DNA of 63,555 bases, counting the filler, from Craspedostauros australis (taxonomy: Eukaryota): the NCBI GenBank assembly GCA_030167865.1. It is 12 parts of 12 records of this genome, joined end to end, with 100 filler letters (N's around TTAATTAATTAA, not from the genome) between each part and the next. Parts side by side here need not be neighbours in the genome. Positions count along the whole stretch, not along the records: positions 59,516 to 61,004 come from JALAGF010006660.1; positions 61,105 to 63,555 come from JALAGF010006685.1; 10 more parts are not named here. One strand, given 5' to 3'. How positions within the stretch are numbered: position 1 is the first letter of the stretch; each line of letters begins with the position of its first letter. Shown here one piece after another: positions 60,344 through 63,555 of this stretch. The position numbers and the translations under genes were made by a program. The notes below the pieces were generated by a model that was not told where the DNA came from, did not search any database, and saw only the letters and a list, made by a program, of their open reading frames with translations.

Positions 60344-61004
60344 AAGCTCTCCCTCTTCCTTGGACTCCTCGTCCTCGCAGCACCATGCGCCAACAACCAA
60401 GCACAGGCATTCACCACAAGACAGCCAACATCAACCAACACCCAGCTCTTCGCCACCATGTTCGAGTCCGAGCAACCATCAGCATCCCGTTTCACATTCC
60501 TTCAGAACGCCAGACAAGCCATCGCATCCAACGTGCCACAACAATCTTTCCAGGATGCAGCCACACCTGCCGATCCTCTCTGGAGCACCACCGCCAACGC
60601 TGACGCCACACCATCCCTGCCATCAACGTCGACATCCCGACGTGCNNNNNNNNNNNNNNNNNNNNNNNNNNNNNNNNNNNNNNNNNNNNNNNNNNNNNNN
60701 NNNNNNNNNNNNNNNNNNGACGAGCAACTGGCACAGATCATCATCAGCGACATCGTCAACAAGAAGTCGCTCGTCACCGCCGATGTCACCAAATCCATCT
60801 ACGATGAGCAGGCCACCTTCAAGGACGGATCCGACCTCGACGGCAAGTACTACCGCGAGCAATGGGTTCGCGGCTGCCGCATGCTCTTTGACGCAGCTGA
60901 ATGTGAGTCGCGACTCATCGAGGACACCCTTTCGGTGACCAAGCACGCCGTGACCTTCCGCTTCGAGGAGGATTTGACATTCCGCGGTCCATTCTCGCCC
61001 AAGT
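60344..61004 (+). CDS. Plastid-targeted protein with an NTF2/SnoaL-like region (partial, gapped)
   Basis: Signal peptide LSLFLGLLVLAA...AQA|FTT and a Ser/Thr-rich transit-like stretch ending TQLFA (bipartite presequence of complex plastids). IYDEQATFKD motif. Confidence 0.7.
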
Positions 61005-61104
61005 NNNNNNNNNNNNNNNNNNNNNNNNNNNNNNNNNNNNNNNNNNNNTTAATTAATTAANNNNNNNNNNNNNNNNNNNNNNNNNNNNNNNNNNNNNNNN
61101 NNNN

Positions 61105-62401
61105 TTCTACGCGACCGTTCTGTTGGGGAGTGGAAGCGGCAGTGTATTCGAACGTTGGGCCGAATCCTGCGCTGAGAAGCTGTTTTTCTGCGGCATAATT
61201 CTCTCCCGCGTTGTCACATCTGATATTTTTCACATGTGCCTGTTGGTTGGAGTGAAGCCATCGGATGAGCGTGATTAGCTTTTCTCCGACTTCGCTTTTC
61301 TCTTTCAAAAAGTAGCTCCAACAGTAATCACTGTAATCATCGATGACAAGGAGCCAATATTTTCCTTGTCCGTAGCTGTGCGTTTGAACACTCGATGTGT
61401 CAATGAACAACCGCTCACCAATTTCCTTTGCTCGGAGCTGCAGGCGTTTTGTCATTGACTTCTGCTTCTGTTTTCCAATTGCGCAGTCAATGCACGCATG
61501 CAACTTGCCTGTGACATTCCAACCGTATCGTCCCGCTGTGCGAGAGATCGTGTAAGTGTCAACATGGCCTAACATTTTATGAATTTGGTTGATGTCCACC
61601 GCGGACCTGGTGGACACGCCGACATTGGCTTGGTCTTCGTGGGGAGGGGTGCTGATCATGTTCACTCCACTCACGAAACCGCTATGGGTTGCCATGAGTC
61701 TGTCGAACGTGATGCGTTGCCCGCGCTTCTCCAAGCTCATCACGACACCTTGGTTGCTGATGTCGAANNNNNNNNNNNNNNNNNNNNNNNNNNNNNNNNN
61801 NNNNNNNNNNNNNNNNNNNNNNNNNNNNNNNNNNNNNNNNNNNNNNNNNNNNNNNNNNNNNNNNNNNNNNNNNNNNNNNNNNNNNNNNNNNNNNACCTTT
61901 GTTGCCTTGAGGTATCGGCCGCTGCCGATCTTGATGGAGTGGTTGGCCACTCGTACGTTAATCATTCCCTCTTCGCTATTGGTGAGGTGGCATGAGGCGC
62001 CGGAATCACCCAGCCACGTGTTTGCTTCGTGGTGGTCGGGGGCGATGGTGTGGCGGAGTGCGCTTGCATCGTCGAGATCACCAATCACCATGGCCATATC
62101 TGGTTGATTGTCTTGGTGGTCACCTATCACCATGGCCATGTCTGGTTGAGCATCGGCCGCTCGGTAGATGGGGAGCTGGTTGAACTCCTCTGGGTCTCGG
62201 ACTCCTTGGTCTCCTGGATGATGCATCCACATCAGCATCTCTGCGGCATGCTGGACCAGGCTGTCGATGAGCCCTCTGTGGATGGGTGGCAGGTTGAGCT
62301 CCTCAAGCCTTGCGTTGATGTGTTGCACGGCTTGCACCAGTTGCATTGGCGTGTACACGTCGATGCGGTGCATCATGTAGTAGAGCGTGCGAGGGTTCAG
62401 G
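61105..62401 (-). mobile_element. Copia pol fragment: helical insert, protease, GAG-pre-integrase and integrase core
   Basis: WLGDSGASCH (protease), HKMLGH...CIDC (HHCC), FIDT, VIDDYS, IRCDNAGE and PQQNGRVE. Confidence 0.92.
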
Positions 62402-62451
62402 NNNNNNNNNNNNNNNNNNNNNNNNNNNNNNNNNNNNNNNNNNNNNNNNNN

Positions 62452-62690
62452 CAAGATCCAAGTCTGTCCTGATTGGGCAGATTGGCTCATCTTGGCAAGA
62501 AATCAATTTCCGCGACATTTTGGATCTGTGATTGAGGGAAAACGATTCTTGCGACGCGAANNNNNNNNNNNNNNNNNNNCAACGGATTTTCGACCAAAAT
62601 TTCCGTTCGGAACGGAAAAGGTAAGAAAAGTGGAGATTTCTGATTGGTCGACGGGTGTCGCTATTGTTAGAGATTTAGCGTGCGCTAATA
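62452..62690. mobile_element. End of an unclassified insertion abutting the copia protease region
   Basis: Non-coding, AT-richer sequence replaces pol right after KVGDK. It ends in the hairpin TTAGCG-TG-CGCTAA. Confidence 0.45.
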
Positions 62691-63555
62691 TTTATCGCCA
62701 ACCTTTGTTGCCTTGAGGTATCGGCCGCTGCCGATCTTGATGGAGTGGTTGGCCACTTGCACGTTAATCATTCTCTCTTCGTTATTGGTGAGGTGGCATG
62801 AGGCACCGGAATCACCCAGCCACGTGTTTGCTTCGTGGTGGTCGGGGGCGATGGTGTGGCGGAGTGCGCTTGCATCGTCGAGGTCACCGATCACCATGGC
62901 CATGTCTGGTTGANNNNNNNNNNNNNNNNNNNNNNNNNNNNNNNNNNNNNNNNNNNNNNNNNNNNNNNNNNNNNNNNNNNNNNNNNNNNNNNNNNNNNNN
63001 NNNCGGACTCCTTGGTCACTTGGATGATGCATCCACATCAGCATCTCTGCGGCATGCTGAACCAGGCTGTCGATGAGCCCTCTGTGGATGAGTGGCAGGT
63101 TGAGCTCTTCAAGTCTTGCGTTAATGTGTTGCACGGCTTGCACCAGTTGCATTGGCGTGTACACGTCAATGCGGTGCATCATGTAGTAGAGCGTGCGAGG
63201 GTTCAGGCTTTCTCCTCCTCCTTCGGTGTACGCGTGCGCCGCGTCGCAGCACAGTAGGGCGAGCTCAGAGCGCACTTCATCAGCAACCATCATGTTGCTG
63301 AGAGAGTATCTCATTGCGACATGCAAAGGTCCTGCAGTCCAGAGCTTCTGGCGGCGCGTTATGATGTCTTGGATTGTTGTTGGCGCCGCCCTTGCAGGGG
63401 GGTTTGCCAGTTGGATGAGGAACGGCGAGTTACAGCAGGTCTTGCACATGGCGTAGAGAGGGCCGCGCTGGAAACACAGCGGGCACCATCCTGCGGTGCT
63501 CCCTCCGTTGCGGGACGACTCTTCGATCATTCGATCGACCAGAGTCCTTGGTTCG
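62691..63555 (-). mobile_element. Second, slightly diverged copia copy: C4 zinc-ribbon, helical insert and protease
   Basis: WCPLCFQRGPLYAMCKTC ... LYYMMHRIDVYTPMQLV ... WLGDSGASCH. Scattered substitutions relative to 61895-62401. Confidence 0.88.

Noticed and set aside
1..63555. A multi-gene system spanning the window (e.g. RT plus arrays plus MCM helicase)
   Set aside because: The components sit on separate contigs joined artificially, so co-location is not evidence.

Overview
This is not one locus. It is 12 eukaryotic contigs or scaffolds joined by artificial N-TTAATTAATTAA-N linkers: 1-3587, 3688-13850, 13951-19266, 19367-23825, 23926-31199, 31300-39686, 39787-42871, 42972-53034, 53135-55436, 55537-59415, 59516-61004 and 61105-63555. 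Adjacency across linkers therefore means nothing. The source looks like a diatom or related stramenopile, judging from a bipartite 'AF' plastid-targeting presequence, RXL-motif surface proteins, short GT-AG introns and CoDi-like copia elements. Host genes include dynactin p50, an ACC-synthase-like PLP enzyme, a SPOC-like/SPAG7-like fusion, a Patched/SSD transporter, a Cys-rich GPI surface protein, a truncated MCM3 copy, a multipass membrane protein, an ANK-BTB protein and a plastid NTF2-like protein. Much of the DNA is mobile: several Ty1/copia pieces, an RNase H-bearing LINE, Harbinger/ISL2EU transposases, a decayed piggyBac and a foldback Mutator-like element. Three things stand out. (1) A 10-kb contig has an ISL2EU/Harbinger-type transposase and an unknown gene head-to-head, each with its own tandem array upstream: a graded 235-249 bp satellite and a 2.2-kb array built from 8-nt 'CAT-words'. 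A decayed RING ORF lies beside them. (2) One copia family has an extra C4 zinc-ribbon plus helical region between nucleocapsid and protease and no TGG-type PBS, and all four of its visible insertions lie inside other transposons. (3) A 10-kb gene cassette is bracketed by identical inverted 3' halves of a GPI-type surface gene. All family calls come from motif recognition by eye; no searches were run.
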